64,000 nt of DNA from Eledone cirrhosa (lineage: Eukaryota). Below the pieces are notes generated by a model that was not told the DNA's origin, searched no databases, and saw only the letters and a list, made by a program, of their open reading frames with translations. The stretch covers positions 44,826,001 through 44,890,000 of the forward strand of contig OZ024746.1 in assembly GCA_964016885.1 (NCBI GenBank), read 5' to 3'. Positions within the stretch are counted from its first letter, which is position 1, and the number at the start of each line of letters is the position of its first letter. This document shows, in pieces, positions 28,125 to 42,628 of the stretch. The translations under genes were made by a program, and so were the position numbers.

Positions 28125-28962
28125 TGTTATACTTGGGGAGGGTCATATTTGTGTAATATTGCCAGAATTAATAACAGAACACACACACTGTTTGGTTGGT
28201 TTTCGCTTCTCGCTGTCTTTTATATCTGCGATCTAACTTAATCGGTCCTCAATGTTGCCATTGACTGACCGACGGTCAAAAATAATAGATACAATATAGA
28301 CACAAACACATATATATAGTTTACATAATTTACATAAATCATTCGTTGCACATCTGCAACATCGTCAGTGGTGTTATATTTTTTCCGCCTGTTGTGTTGT
28401 ATGTCTACGCCATTTTTTATTCAGTCTGTCTATGTATTTATTTATTTATTTGATTGTTTGTTTATTTTATTTTGTCTTCTTTGCGCATGCATTTGCGTGT
28501 GTGTATAGTTTTATGTTTCCTGTGTGACTAGTGTGTATAGTGTTGTGTCTGCTGGGTGACTAGTGTGTGATTATGTGCTTGTTGTTATTGTGCTTGTGTA
28601 TGTATTTATTTATCTTATTTTATTTTATTTTATTTACTTATTTATACTTCTCTTAGGTCAGTGTTGTTTGTTTGGGTGTTGTTGTTGTTCCATTCATTAT
28701 TTCTGTTTAGCTTTGGTCTTCTAATTTCTATTTCACTGGCCTCTCTGATTTGCCTATCTGCTGGGTCATTCCTATGTTTAGATATTATTCTAATTTCTAT
28801 GTTGTCTATGTTACCGTCATGTTGTTGTCTAGCATGTTCGTATAGTACTGACCCGTTTATTCGTCCTTTTAGTTCCCCCCAGTGTTGTCTATCCTTTCAC
28901 CTATGCTACGAGCTGTTTCGCCTATGTATGTTGTCATGTTTCTGCAAGTACCCTCTGCAAGT
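28125..28962 (-). mobile_element. Truncated PLE: GIY-YIG fragment + 3' UTR + terminal repeat
   Basis: 28680-28960 minus reads TYIGETARSIGERI...VLYEHARQQHDG...RQIREASEI...PKLNRNNEW. Hammerhead-like CTGACGA t gttgca gatg tgcaac GAA near 28335-28372. Confidence 0.8.
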
Positions 28963-30311
28963 ACTATATATATATATAGTAATAATAATAAATTTGAAGA
29001 CTAAAATCCAAAGAGGGCTCGATAAGGATAAATATATATCAAATATATAAGAACCGTAGAGCAAATATTTATTAAAATAACAGATTAAAGTTTAAGCAAA
29101 GAATCGCTGCTTTCACGCTTAACGGGATCTTCTGAAACTAACAAAGTCAATCTGTAAACGCAGAAGTGGATATTTCAAAAACCGTTGCAACCGGAAGAAG
29201 ACAGGAAGACGATACTTTGGTTCGTGGAAACGTTCGCTGGCAGAGAACGGGAAAAATGGAATATAATACGTCATTAATAGGAGCGGTGAAAAATAATTAC
29301 GCGCAAAGGCATAACCACGTTTGTGGTATAAAAGAGGTCGTAGACAAATGTTCTCTTAGGTGGTTCATAGAGACATTCTCTGGCAATGAACGAAAAAAAA
29401 CGAAGATAATACGTCATATGTGGACCGTGGAGAACAATAGCACGCAAAGACAAAACCACGTAAATGGTATAGCAGAAGTTGTAGACTAAAATTCTAACTA
29501 GGAGACCGAATGGATCTCCACTACAGAGTTAGGAACAAAGTAAATAAATACAATACAGAAGTAATGGAAATAAATAAATACATACACGCAAACAAATACG
29601 TACATACACAAGCATACGCAAAACACTTACCGTAGGTATACAAAGCCACGCACATATAAATATGGGTGTGTGTGTATGCGTGTATACAAATAAATAAATA
29701 ATTATATAAACGTATATAAATAAATAAATACGTATATAACAAGCGCACACACATACCTACATGTAAATACACGAGTGTTCGGAGACGTAAGTCAACCAAA
29801 CCAGAAGTACACATATACGCGCACCCTACATACGTACGAACCTGCATATTTATACAGACGCAAAACTCCCGTATACACATAGCCAAACCATATGTACCAG
29901 TATATATAAAAATATACGCCATAACAATCAAATATACGTACGGGAATGTATACGTACCTTCACAAAACATACGAGTAATAAATACTTACCTATACCAATA
30001 AGTAATGGTATAAACAAAACATATACTTAGCTCCCACATCAAGACGTAAAATATCCACGTATAGATCGTACTATCCGTTAGGGTATAACGTGGGGCTGTA
30101 ATGCAGGAAAGTTTTGTGCAATTTATGTTTACAAGTCGAAATTGCCTCAGATTTTTTATTTAAGATGTGGTCTGTGGCGTAGAGTATTTCCAGGGCCTCA
30201 GCGGCGCAGAGGCCACATAAGCTGAAAGTGACGTCATATTCCTTCTTAGAGGGTAACGAAAGGAATGGGTATGCATGTAAAGATGCTGCTTGAATCTATT
30301 GGCGGTTAACC

Positions 30312-30914
30312 CTATGTAGGCCCTACGGGACGTGGGTGTACAGCCTTACATTTGTAGACAATGTTACTAGAGAGGCATTTCCCGGATAGGGGGCAATCAA
30401 CCCGATTCCTACAATTACAGTTAGTACTAACTACAGCGTTGCACGTGTTACTACGGCTAGGTAGTTTAGCTAAATTTGAAGCTGTGATGTTATGTGCAAG
30501 TTTAGGAGGCGTAGAGTAAGAAATTTTAATACTATTTCTATTAAAAATGTTACTATATTTACGTGTAGGGGGAAAATGCTTCGTAATAAGGGAAAGAAAG
30601 ATCTTAGCTAATGGTGTGGCCACCTCCATATTATATGGTGGGTTATACCAACAAATGCGACGGGATCTATTTCTTCTAGGTCTATTTTCGTACTCTGTAT
30701 ATGCTACCTTATCGACAAATCCACTTCGAGGAAGAGCTTCATTGTAATAAGTGGATTGGTCGTTGAAGATACGCTCGTTGGTGGAAAGACGGGAAAGCCT
30801 CAACGAAACGTTTCTTACCAGGATCTTGGTTATGCTGGCAGGATGGTTGGTATGCTTACTTATGCAATTAAGCGTATCATTCGGCTTTCTATACGGGTAA
30901 TACAACCCATTCAA
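30312..30914 (-). pseudogene. PLE RT C-terminus/linker fragment
   Basis: ORF track: PYRKPND..SNHP-like, WYNPPYN, FPP...IFNRNSIKISYS, CNCR..CPLSGKCL. Confidence 0.85.
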
Positions 30915-31102
30915 TAAATTGAAGGTAACGTCGAGGTAATTAACGACCGAGAGATTGGCCTCAACCTTTATAGAGAGATTTAAGCCTTTAGAGAAGGCTG
31001 TGTGTTATTTTCTGAATCTGTTGCAAGCACGAGATCCGGACCTCTATACAGGTTGAGGCTAATCTCTCGGTCGTTAATTACCTCGACGCTACCCTCAATT
31101 TA

Positions 31103-31930
31103 TTGAATGGGTTGTGTTACCCGTATAGAAAGCCGAATGATACGCTTAATTACATAAGTAAGCATTCCAACCATCCTGCCAGCATAACTAAGAACCTGGT
31201 AACAAACGTTTCGTTGAGGCTTTCCCGTCTTTCCACCAACGACCGTATTTTCAACGACCATTCCACTTATTACAATGAAGCTCTTGCTCGAAGTGGATTT
31301 GTCGATAAGGTAGCATACACAGAGTACAAAAATAGACCTAGAAGAAATAGATCCCGTCGCATTTGTTGGTATAACCCACCATATAATATGGAGGTGGCTA
31401 CACCATTAGCTAAGATCTTTCTTTCCCTTATTACGAAGCATTTCCCCCTACACATAAATATAGTAACATTTTTAATAGAAATACTATTAAAATTCCTTAC
31501 TCTACGACACCTAACCTTGCACGTAACATCACAGCTTCAAATTTAACTAAACTACCTAGCCGTAGGAACACGTACAACCCTGTAGTTAGTACTAACTGTA
31601 ATTGTAGGAATCGGGTTGATTGCCCCCTATCCGGGAAATGCCTCTCTAGTAACATTGTCTACAAATGTAAGGTTGTAACACCCACGTCCCATAGAGCCTA
31701 CATAGGGTTAACCGCCAATAGATTCAAGCAGCGTCTATACATGCATACCCATTCCTTTCGTTACCCTCTAAGAAGGAATATGACGTCACTTTCAGCTTAT
31801 ATCTGGAGTCTAAAAGACAACCACACCCAATATAAGTTACACTGGGAGATCCTAGCTAGGGCTAGATCGTATAACGGAAATAAAAGACCATGTGACCTCT
31901 GCGCCACTGAGGCCCTGGAAATACTCTACG
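31103..31930 (+). pseudogene. PLE RT C-terminus + GIY-YIG, frameshifted
   Basis: ORFs 31103-31546 and 31741-2043-range frame (31741-32043): YIGLTANRFKQR...TSLSAYIWSLKD...WEIL...CDLC. Confidence 0.85.
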
Positions 31931-32174
31931 TTGCCAGAGAACGTCTCTATGAACCACCTAAGAAAACATTATTCTACGACCTCTTTTATACATCAAACGT
32001 GTTTCTGTCTTTGCGCGTAATTGTTTTTCACCGCTCCTATTAATGACGTATTATATTCGTTTTTTCCCATTCTTAGCCAGCGAACGTTTCCATGAACCAA
32101 AGTATCGTCTTCCTCTCTTCCTCCGGTTGCAACGTTTTTTGAAATATCCACTTCTGCGTTTACATATTGACTTT

Positions 32175-32223
32175 GTTTCAGAAGATCCCGTTAAGGGTGA
32201 AAGCAGCGATTCTTTGCTTAAAC
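32175..32223 (+). ncRNA. Hammerhead-like motif with CAGAAGA core (also 29090-29138 - and about 52447-52494 -)
   Basis: gttt CAGAAGA tccc gttaa gggt GAA agca gcgattctt tgct T aaac. Confidence 0.55.
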
Positions 32224-32240
32224 TTTAATATGTTATTTTA

Positions 32241-32297
<57 letters not shown>

Positions 32298-32331
32298 CGT
32301 GTGCGTGTATATTTGAGTGTGTATGTTTATA

Positions 32332-32372
<41 letters not shown>

Positions 32373-32544
32373 AGACAGGTAGAGTAATGAACCGATACAA
32401 TCACCCTACCAATATAGTGTGTGGTAAATATTTTGTTTAATAAGCAGTCTACATTTATGACAAGAAGTAGTATGTGGCTATTTGCGTATTTTACGCTTCT
32501 GAAACTCATGCATTTTAGGTTTTTCTTTTAAAGGTTAAGTAGCT

Positions 32545-32947
32545 CAAACTGCTTTCTGCATATCTACAGATGATCACATGATATCAGACGTTACATTTTA
32601 TTCGATGAGTGAGAGGAGAGATCACAGGTCAGATACTATGGATATATGGTTAGAATGTCTCAGGAAAGAATCGTTGGGCAGATTTTACGGGAAAACCAAC
32701 TAGCAAGAGACCCAGGTTTAGATCCGGGCAAGATGGCTGGATTACATCCATGAGAATGGCTGGTCACGCGTGGGTATCCAGCCGAATCAGTTGGAGAAAG
32801 TGGCTTCTGATGATGGCCGGCTGGAAGGAGTGTTTCAGGACTCTGGCCCCACTACCCTTTCTAGAAGAAGAAGAAGAAGAAGAAGAAGAAGAAGAAGAAG
32901 AAGAAGAAGAAGAAGAAGAAGAAGAAGAAGAAGAAGAAGAAGAAGAA
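32545..32947 (+). mobile_element. RTE-like LINE 3' end with (GAA)n tail
   Basis: RYYGYMVRMSQERIVGQIL...KRPR...RWLDYI, then (GAA)n at 32863-32947. Confidence 0.6.
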
Positions 32948-33400
32948 ATAATTGTAATAGGTTTAGTGACGCATATTTTGCATTTTAGTATTTGTTTAAT
33001 AATATTCAAACCTGATGTTGTCTCAAGTATTTAGCATGATAAGACTTAGTTATGAAATCTCTTACCATCTATATAAATCATTTTATTTTTGTGTAAAGAA
33101 ACTGAATTGCTGAAAAGCAAATAATTATTTGATTTAAACGATATGTTATATGATATTTAGTACAAGAAAGTATTTCCAATGCTTGAATCATAAAAAATCT
33201 AACATGGCATCCAATACAGAATGATACATATGAGTATTATATTTTAACAAGTAATATTTTCTCATTTTCAATTATGGGAGACAACTCTTAACGATTGCCA
33301 AGTAATTTATGGGCAGAAATATCCTCGGTACCAAACATTTAGTGACCTAATAATAGAATATGTGAGTTTGCATAAATACATACATACCTACCTACACACT

Positions 33401-33520
<120 letters not shown>

Positions 33521-33605
33521 AAAGTTTTATTTAAAATTGTTGGGTAAATATTTTAGTAAATATTTGATAACTGATATAAAGCACTCGACAAGTTTTGGAG
33601 TAGAT

Positions 33606-33924
33606 ATACGATATTAAACAAATGGAAACTATATTTATAAAACCATATTTATTTCATTATACATATTTCGGGGATACCATATTAAAAATATGGCATGCCT
33701 TCTTCAGATAAAATACAATATATAAACAGTTTTATAAATAATTTTGACGTACCATAAATAAAGGTTGGTCAATATTTATGGTACGTCAAAATTATTTATA
33801 AAACTGTTTATATATTGTATTTTATCTGAAGACGGCATGCCATATTTTTAATATGGTATCCCCGAAATATGTATATTGAAATAAATATGGTTTTATAAAT
33901 ATAGTTTCCATTTGTTTAATATCG

Positions 33925-33925
<1 letters not shown>
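33606..33925. mobile_element. ~155-bp-arm palindrome carrying two opposed hammerheads (33652-33713 -, 33820-33881 +)
   Basis: ttttat CTGAAGA agg c atgccatatt ttt aatatggtat cccc GAAA tatgt ATA atgaaa. Confidence 0.75.
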
Positions 33926-33984
<59 letters not shown>

Positions 33985-33986
<2 letters not shown>

Positions 33987-34675
33987 AAAGATGTAAAATA
34001 AGAACATTTTAAAAAAATTAACTTACTTACTAAAATTTTCACTCCAACTAATTAGTTTCTGCAATGGGATATAGACAGTTACGTAATATAACTGTCGAGA
34101 ATTCATTGGGTCATCAGGGAGTCTATTCTCAGCTAAGTCTCCAGACAATGCGCGGACACTGGGGACTCATATAAAAATAATAATAATTCGGTAGATGGAA
34201 CAGCTAGCGGGGACTGGATTCCATGTACTGAAAAGCTCGCTGTCTCTGCTCAAATGGCAGATTCTAAAGAATCAATCACGTGACGCTGAGGCTAGTCGGA
34301 AGGAGTGGGATGGTAAGATGACAGAAGCCTACTAACACACCAATAAATTAGTAGTGGTTTTGGCAGGTTTGCTCAACAAATAAATAATTTGGAGATAAAT
34401 ATAGAGAATTTAGTATATCTACTAACATATGCGTACAGATGTACGCTAATGCGAGCAAATACATAAGTTATGTCATAGTATCTAGGTGGTTCAATGCAGG
34501 AGGATGCAGGACAATAATATAAAAGACGTAAAATAAGAAAATTTTCTTATTTTACGTCTTTTATATTATTGTCCTGCATCCTCCTGCATTGAACCACCTA
34601 GGTACTATGACATAACTTATGTATTTGCTAGCATTAGCGTACATCTGTACGCATATGTTAGTAGATATACTAAAT

Positions 34676-34680
<5 letters not shown>
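33985..34680 (-). mobile_element. Diverged member of the 523-bp HHR repeat family with inverted end; HHR at 34041-34122
   Basis: actcc CTGATGA c ccaatg ... cattgc a GAAAC taatta GTT ggagt. Confidence 0.8.
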
Positions 34681-34757
<77 letters not shown>

Positions 34758-35668
34758 GGTGTGTGTGCATGCGCGTTTGTGTGAATAGAGAACAATTTCC
34801 CTTTCAAACATGCTATATTAAATGCACGACTGTGCCCGAGGATAAACAAATAAATGTTTTATTTATATTTCTTCATTAGTACTTTATTGTTAAATTGAAA
34901 GTATAGTCTTATTTAATCCATAAACCTATTCATGTTTCAGACCTTTTTAATCTTACTACTACCGGGTGAAATATAAGTTATAATTCTTTCGAACATTGGT
35001 GGCACAATGCCAATTGGATGGAAGGCAAAGCTGGTTTCGGCAGCTTTTGAATACAGAACGTAGACAATCCTAACTAAATGTCGCAAAGCATTTTGTTCGC
35101 CGCTCTACCGATACTGCCAATCCACCGACGCCAGTAATAAAAGACGTGCTCATCTATTGATTTGCAGTATGTAGCAATGAATCATTGGACAACCATTATC
35201 GCTGACGAAATCCATAGCAGCGTAATAAACCTTATATGTCGTGGAAAGATATTGGGAAAACGTACAGGAAATATAATTACATAGAAACGATTTGGAGACA
35301 GCAGTGCAATTTTATATAGAATTCCACAAAACTTTAAAATTGTAACTTTGGAAGCATTACAAATAACATACAAACCATAAATAAAAACATAGGCATAGTA
35401 AATTAAAATAAACCATTGCGTTTAGCAAGAAAAACATTGAATAATTTTATATCTAGCGTTGAGGATTTCATCAATCATAACAACAGTTTTTTTCTATGAT
35501 AATTCATGAAATAATACACAGTTTTAACACGCCATTTTATATACTAGGTCATTTTTAAGTCTAGAAACACTAATGGTCGAATGAAATTAGGAACACTATA
35601 AACGAAACAAAGAGGATTAGTAAAGAAATAAGAAAAATCTCAAATGAAAATTATTAAAGACAAAGACC

Positions 35669-35751
<83 letters not shown>

Positions 35752-35814
35752 GTTATTCCGGGTTGAATCGGAGGTAACCACAGTAAGTAAGGTACTCAAT
35801 ACATTGCAGAGTAT

Positions 35815-35937
35815 AAAAGTTTTAATATAGATGAGATTCTACAGGACTAGAACTGTTTCATTCTTTAGAAATCATCCTGATGATTTCTAAAGAATGAAAC
35901 AGTTCTAGTCCTGTAGAATCTCATCTATATTAAAACT
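35815..35937. mobile_element. Fold-back PLE terminal repeat with hammerhead (35874-35919 +)
   Basis: Palindrome centred near 35876. CTGATGA tttctaaagaat GAA acag ttctagtc ctgt A gaat. Family also at 38291 and about 9010. Confidence 0.7.
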
Positions 35938-35949
35938 ATATATATATAT

Positions 35950-36191
35950 ATAAAATATTAAAAAAATAATGAATAAAACAATGAAACAGTTCCTTATATT
36001 AAAAGTTCATTATTTAACGATCGTTTCTAGGATATATATGTGTTAGAATTGGCATGCATATTCATATTTGAATATGCATGCCAATTCTAACACATATATA
36101 TCCTAGAAACGATCGTTAAATAATGAACTTTTTTTGTTTAATATAAAGAACTGTTTCATTGTTTTATTCATTATTTTTTTAATATTTTATC
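35950..36191. repeat. ~115-bp-arm palindrome containing a 3' hammerhead half (GAAACGATCGTT)
   Basis: Arms mirror around about 36067. Confidence 0.75.
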
Positions 36192-36324
36192 TTGACTCTG
36201 TATTCCGTTTATCTTTCACCGAAAGTGATTTTTCATTGCATCTCTTCTTTCCATGATATCCGTATTACATTGAGTTCTTCATACGGATTGGACACTACCG
36301 TAAACTCTTGGTAGAATTATCTAC

Positions 36325-37276
<952 letters not shown>

Positions 37277-37278
<2 letters not shown>

Positions 37279-38112
37279 ATTAGTATATTTACCAACATAT
37301 GTGTACAGATGTTCACCTATGCTAGCAAATATATATGTTATCTCTTAGTACCTTTGTGGTTGTATGCACGGGGATGCAGAACAATTATATGAAAGACGTT
37401 GAATAAGGAAATTTTAAAAATTAAAAATCAACTTACTTACTAAAATTTTGCTCAACAAATAACTTGGAGATAAATATAGAGAATTAGTACATTTACCAAC
37501 ATATGTGTACAGATGTTCACCTATGCTAGCTTAGTAAGTAAGTTGATTTTTAATTTTTAAAATTTCCTTATTTTACGTCTTTCATATAATTGTTCTGCAT
37601 CCCCGTGCATAAAACCTCAAAGGTACTAAGACATAACATATATATTTGCTAGCATAGGTGAACATCTGTACACATATGTTGGTAAATATACTAATTCTCT
37701 ATATTTATCTCCAAATTATTTGTTGAGCAAAACTTGCCAAAATTTACTGCTGATTTATGGTAGTAGTAGGCTCTTGTCATAATACCACCCCGCTCCTAAC
37801 TGATTAACCTCAGTGTCACGTGATTGATTCTTTAGAATCTGCCACTCACCAGAGGCAGTGTATTTTTTCAGTGCTCCGGAATTTAGTCCTCGCTAGCTTT
37901 GTTCCATCCACTGAATTATTATTGTTCTTATATGGGTTCCTAGTGTCCGCGCATCGCCTGGGAACTTAGCTGAGAATAGACTCCCTGATGACGTAAGGAA
38001 TTCTCTATAGTTATATTATGTAATATATCCCCTTACAGAAACTAATTAGTTGGAGTGAAAATTTTAGTAAGTAAGTTGATTTTTAATTTTTAAAATTTCC
38101 TTATTTTACGTC

Positions 38113-38117
<5 letters not shown>
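37277..38117 (+). mobile_element. Third subfamily of the 523-bp HHR repeat; HHR at 37980-38056
   Basis: actcc CTGATGA c gtaagg ... ccttac a GAAAC taatta GTT ggagt. 37277-37530 is inverted relative to the main unit. Confidence 0.85.
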
Positions 38118-38168
<51 letters not shown>

Positions 38169-38290
38169 CAAGGATATTCTAATAATATATATATATATAT
38201 ATATATTCTCGAGTTGTGTCGGGGGTAACCACAGTTATAAAGCTATTCAATACAGTGGTAGAAGCTAGGTGTCTTTATTTCATATATAGT

Positions 38291-38337
38291 CTTCTACAGG
38301 ACTAGAACTGTTTCATTCGTACGGAATCATCAGGAAG
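38291..38337 (-). ncRNA. Type I hammerhead ribozyme
   Basis: cttc CTGATGA ttccgtacgaat GAA acag ttctagtc ctgt A gaag. Confidence 0.7.
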
Positions 38338-38573
38338 GTTTATGTATCTAAACATTCTGCTGGTGCATATATTTATTTAACCATCACTTATTCTAGCATA
38401 GTATTCCACGAAGCAGAACGATTTGACCCCCTATAACGGCTAGTTATTTATAAATCTTTTAAATTTCCTCATAGGGAAGCAAACCAATACTTCTGGATTA
38501 AGGATGAGATCTATGGCTGACAACATTCATCGAGCCGAATAACTAGAAGCACTTTTATTACGCATTATTCCTT

Positions 38574-38752
38574 ATTGGCAGTATCGGTAGCGGGTCGGAC
38601 GCCATGCTTTCCAGCATAGTTACGTCCCTTTACGGTCTGAGTTCAAATCCCGTCGAGGTTAACTTTGCCTTTCATCCTTACGGGGTCGATAAAATAAAGT
38701 ACCAGTAATGTACTGGGATAATTGCTGGCCTTGTGGCAAAAAGTAGAAACAA
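38574..38752 (+). mobile_element. tRNA-derived SINE (5' slightly truncated)
   Basis: Matches 1535-1712. Confidence 0.85.
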
Positions 38753-40729
38753 GTATTCCTTATTTACATTAATACTTGGAATCCCTTTTCTCTCGCTACT
38801 TTTATACTGTACTACATTTTTATTTAGTATATTTATGTAATATCTCTGTATGGCAATCAGTTTTCTGATATATATTAGGTGTTGGCATAGTCCTATCTGG
38901 GTATTTTTCACATTTTTCACACACCCTTTTTTTTATAATATATCATTAATTTAAAAAAAATGTTTTTCTTTCTTTGTATGTATTTTTATCTACTATTTCT
39001 TTATTGGTCTTCTTTATTTGCATCTTATTACTTTCCGGATCATTTCAATCTTAATTCTTGTTGATGCATACTCCATCATATTATCTATGATGATTTTATT
39101 TTCAATACTGCTACTGGTACTACACCATTGATACTGTTCCCTAATCCCTATTATTTAACTGTGGCTGTTTGTGTTGCTCCATTGCTGATGTTGTTAGGGA
39201 TGATAGTTAACATCATCTTCCCCCACTACCGCATGATTTCTTAACATTTCTTGTTTTTAAGCTATCAAAGGCTGGCCGCCATTTAACCCTCTACAGCTAA
39301 AGAACTTACAACTGACCTGATACAAGAACGACACTGGGCGTTCAAGAACAAAAGGAAGGTGTAAGTTTGTAACTATCTTCATCCAATAGATAGGTGTTAT
39401 TTACACCATTTGTGATGATGTTGTGAGGGTAGAGTCGTATATGCCAAGACGGGAGGGGCTATATTTGTTGGTAATTAAACGAAATATGGCAGATTAAGAA
39501 AAGAAAGAATTTTATAAGGGATTGATTTTATTTATTACATTGCGATTCAACGCATTAACGTCATTTCGAATAATGTTGTCATTTCGAATAACTAGTTGTA
39601 ACGTGTGAAGGTTAAGTGCCTCAAGAAGGTTAGATAGAGCAGGATGCGTTAACAGCTTGTATATAGGAAATTGAGATTAAACGGTATCATTGGGAAATGT
39701 GTGAAGGATCATAATATCTGAAATGTAATCGATTGTGTATATATATCTTGTATATTTCTTCTAAAGCTTCAAGGGCTTTGGTTTCATTGCATATCAACCT
39801 CTATTATCAACATGTAAATTACCTACACTATTCATAAGATCAATGTTCCATACAGCTAGAAAACATATGCCTACGTGAAAGTAGTCTATTTAACTTATTG
39901 ACTCAATCATTTCGCATTTACGATCTGACGCATAAATCACCCATGAAAATTATAAACATAAAGACGTGTGTGAATTTATATGTTTGGGCAATTTTCTCAG
40001 GCAAGCTACATACTGCTGAAAATGATCAATATGATTTAAATCAACAAAGAATTGTTCAAATTATTCGGAAATCAGGCTTGACTATTTCATATTAAGCAGC
40101 AGATCTTTGGACTGTTAAGAAGATGCATTCAGGTGAGATTCTACTCACACTGATAGCTTTAATAGTGAACAAAAAAGATTTCGAAATTGGCTCAGCACGA
40201 TAACGGCTCAGATAGAAACGGTGTAAATTTCAAATTTATTTGCTTTTATCCTGGAAATCTGCCACAAATTATATAAGAACTATCAAATAGTCGAATAAGT
40301 TGTGTAAATTACTGTTAGGAAAAAGGATTCTTGGTTCGTTTACCACAGGTGTCTCTGTGCAAGTACTATACATATCCAATGTTAATTTCCGTGACTTATT
40401 TAACTATTCTATAGCAATTATATCAATTGTGGTAGCGTTTATTAATAAAAGCAAATAAATTTCAAAACTTATTGGTTTACACACACACAAACATACCCGT
40501 ACGTGTGTGTGTATATATATGTTTTTGTATATAGATATATATCAATCTATTTATTTAACTACCTATCCAACTATTCACGTTCTATAAAGTGATCTATAAA
40601 ACATCATTTAAAGCTACTTTGCCAATTTGCTACCTCACCATTTTTCCTTTCGATCCGTTTCCTAATTTATTTTTCTTACATTGATTTCAAGAGTCAGTAC
40701 CGGCAGCGGCTACAACTCCATCCATCTAC

Positions 40730-40796
<67 letters not shown>

Positions 40797-40961
40797 ACAC
40801 TCACACGCACCACACACACACACACACATACACACACACACACACACATTCATATATCTATATATATCTATATATATATAAATATATATATATATATAAA
40901 AGAAAATTTCGCTCTACATGGCTGAATAAAATAAATCTAATCCGAGTTTTTCGAATATTAA

Positions 40962-41148
40962 TAATTGTTTCTACTTTTAGCACGAGGCCAGCAATTATCC
41001 CAGTGCATTACTGGTACTTTATTTTATCCACCCCGTAAGAATGAAAGGCAAAGTTAACCTCGATGGGATTTGAACTCAGGCCGTAAAGGGACCTAACTAT
41101 GCTGCAAAGCATGGCGTCCGACCCTCTACCGATACTGCCAATTCACCG
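40962..41148 (-). mobile_element. tRNA-derived SINE at the inversion junction of an HHR repeat
   Basis: Reverse complement of the SINE, lying between the inverted fragment 40903-40962 and the tandem array starting at 41150. Confidence 0.85.
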
Positions 41149-41149
41149 C

Positions 41150-41787
41150 TGGCAGGTGAACAGTGAGCTGTACTGATGAAGGTTGATACCCAGAAACATT
41201 AGTGTCTGCAGTTCTGTCGGCATGCCAACACAAGAGCAAGAATGAAGTGTTCATTCTACTGGCATGGCTATAAAATTGAGGCTTGTTTGCAAAATTGCAA
41301 ACGAATCGAATGTTATTATTAATATTCGAAAAACTCGGATTATATTTATTGCATTCAGCCATGTAGAGCAAAATTTTATTTTTTATTTGAATTTGGTAAA
41401 GCCGGCCATTTATCGCTCGTAAACAGGAAACTGACTGGCCAGACTGCTGATATGCAAATCTGGCTGATCAGTGGATCTGGTAATATGCAGATCTGACTGA
41501 TCAGCCAGTTTGTTAATATGCAAATCAGGCTGATCAGTCACTGTGTATTTTTGAAAATAGCATATATTTTCACTAGCTCTAACAGTTTGGCAGGTGAACA
41601 GTGAGCTGTACTGATAAAGGGTGATGCCCAGAAACATTAGTGTCTGCAGTTCTATTCGCATGCCAACACAAGAGTAAGAATGAAGTGTTCATTCTACTGA
41701 CATGGCTATAAAATTGAGGCCTGTTTGCAAAATCGCAAACGAATCGAATGTTATTATTAATATTCGAAAAACTCAGATTACATTTAT
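41150..41787 (+). mobile_element. 438-bp tandem HHR repeat; HHRs at 41168-41211 and 41606-41649
   Basis: ctgta CTGATGA aggttgataccca GAAAC attagt GTC tgcag. The second copy has core CTGATAA. Period 438. Confidence 0.85.
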
Positions 41788-42520
41788 ATATATATATATT
41801 TCTTTATTTAGCATTTAAACCAGCCATAACTTTCTCACCTCTTTCTATTCAAACCAGCTGTTCATACTTATGTTAAGGTATTGTTCTCAAAATGAATAAT
41901 ACCAAAATCTCATAGATTCGATGTTATGTGTGATATATATATATATGTGTGTGTGTGCGTAAGTATATGTACGGCCGTAAATATATTCATAATGTTGTTG
42001 AACTTCATCACAACGGTTATTCTCATACATACACTTATATAATCAAGTCTGAAAAAATGTATATGTGTATTAATATAATATATCATATAGATATTCTTCA
42101 TGATTGCACATCAATAATAATATATACAACGTTTTTCTATATAATGTTTGCATATTTATAATAATACGAATAATAAAATTGGATTTTAGGGCTAACGGAC
42201 GCTTTTGAATATGTTCAAATCTCATCACATTAATATATAATTTGGCATAAATATGCAAAATAATATGCATTATAATTACTCAGAACATATTATACAAGGA
42301 AATACTCTCATAAAAATGTTATTGATGGAATAACAAGTGTGTCTCATGTTTTGTGGACAGATGCTTCAAAACAAATTTGAAAATACATATTTTTCTATTA
42401 TTAATTTCTGTCACAAGTCTACGGCCATACTAGAACACATCAACAAACATTGTGAGTCTATACAAATACAGAAACACACACCTATACATAGACACGCCCC
42501 ATCACCCTTATATATATATA

Positions 42521-42590
<70 letters not shown>

Positions 42591-42628
42591 AGGAGGTTAT
42601 AGTTCACTTAAAGCATTGTGTAATGAGG

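Larger units (their letters stand above)
28977..32246. mobile_element. Fold-back PLE: two inverted, differently deleted copies of RT C-terminus + GIY-YIG + pseudo-LTR
   Basis: About 30180-30970 (minus) mirrors 31052-31930 (plus). VNYLDVTFNLLNGLYYPYRKPND...WYNPPYN...CNCRNRVDCPLSGKCL...CDLCATEALEIL. Terminal repeats at about 29065-29380 and 31932-32246. Confidence 0.9.
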
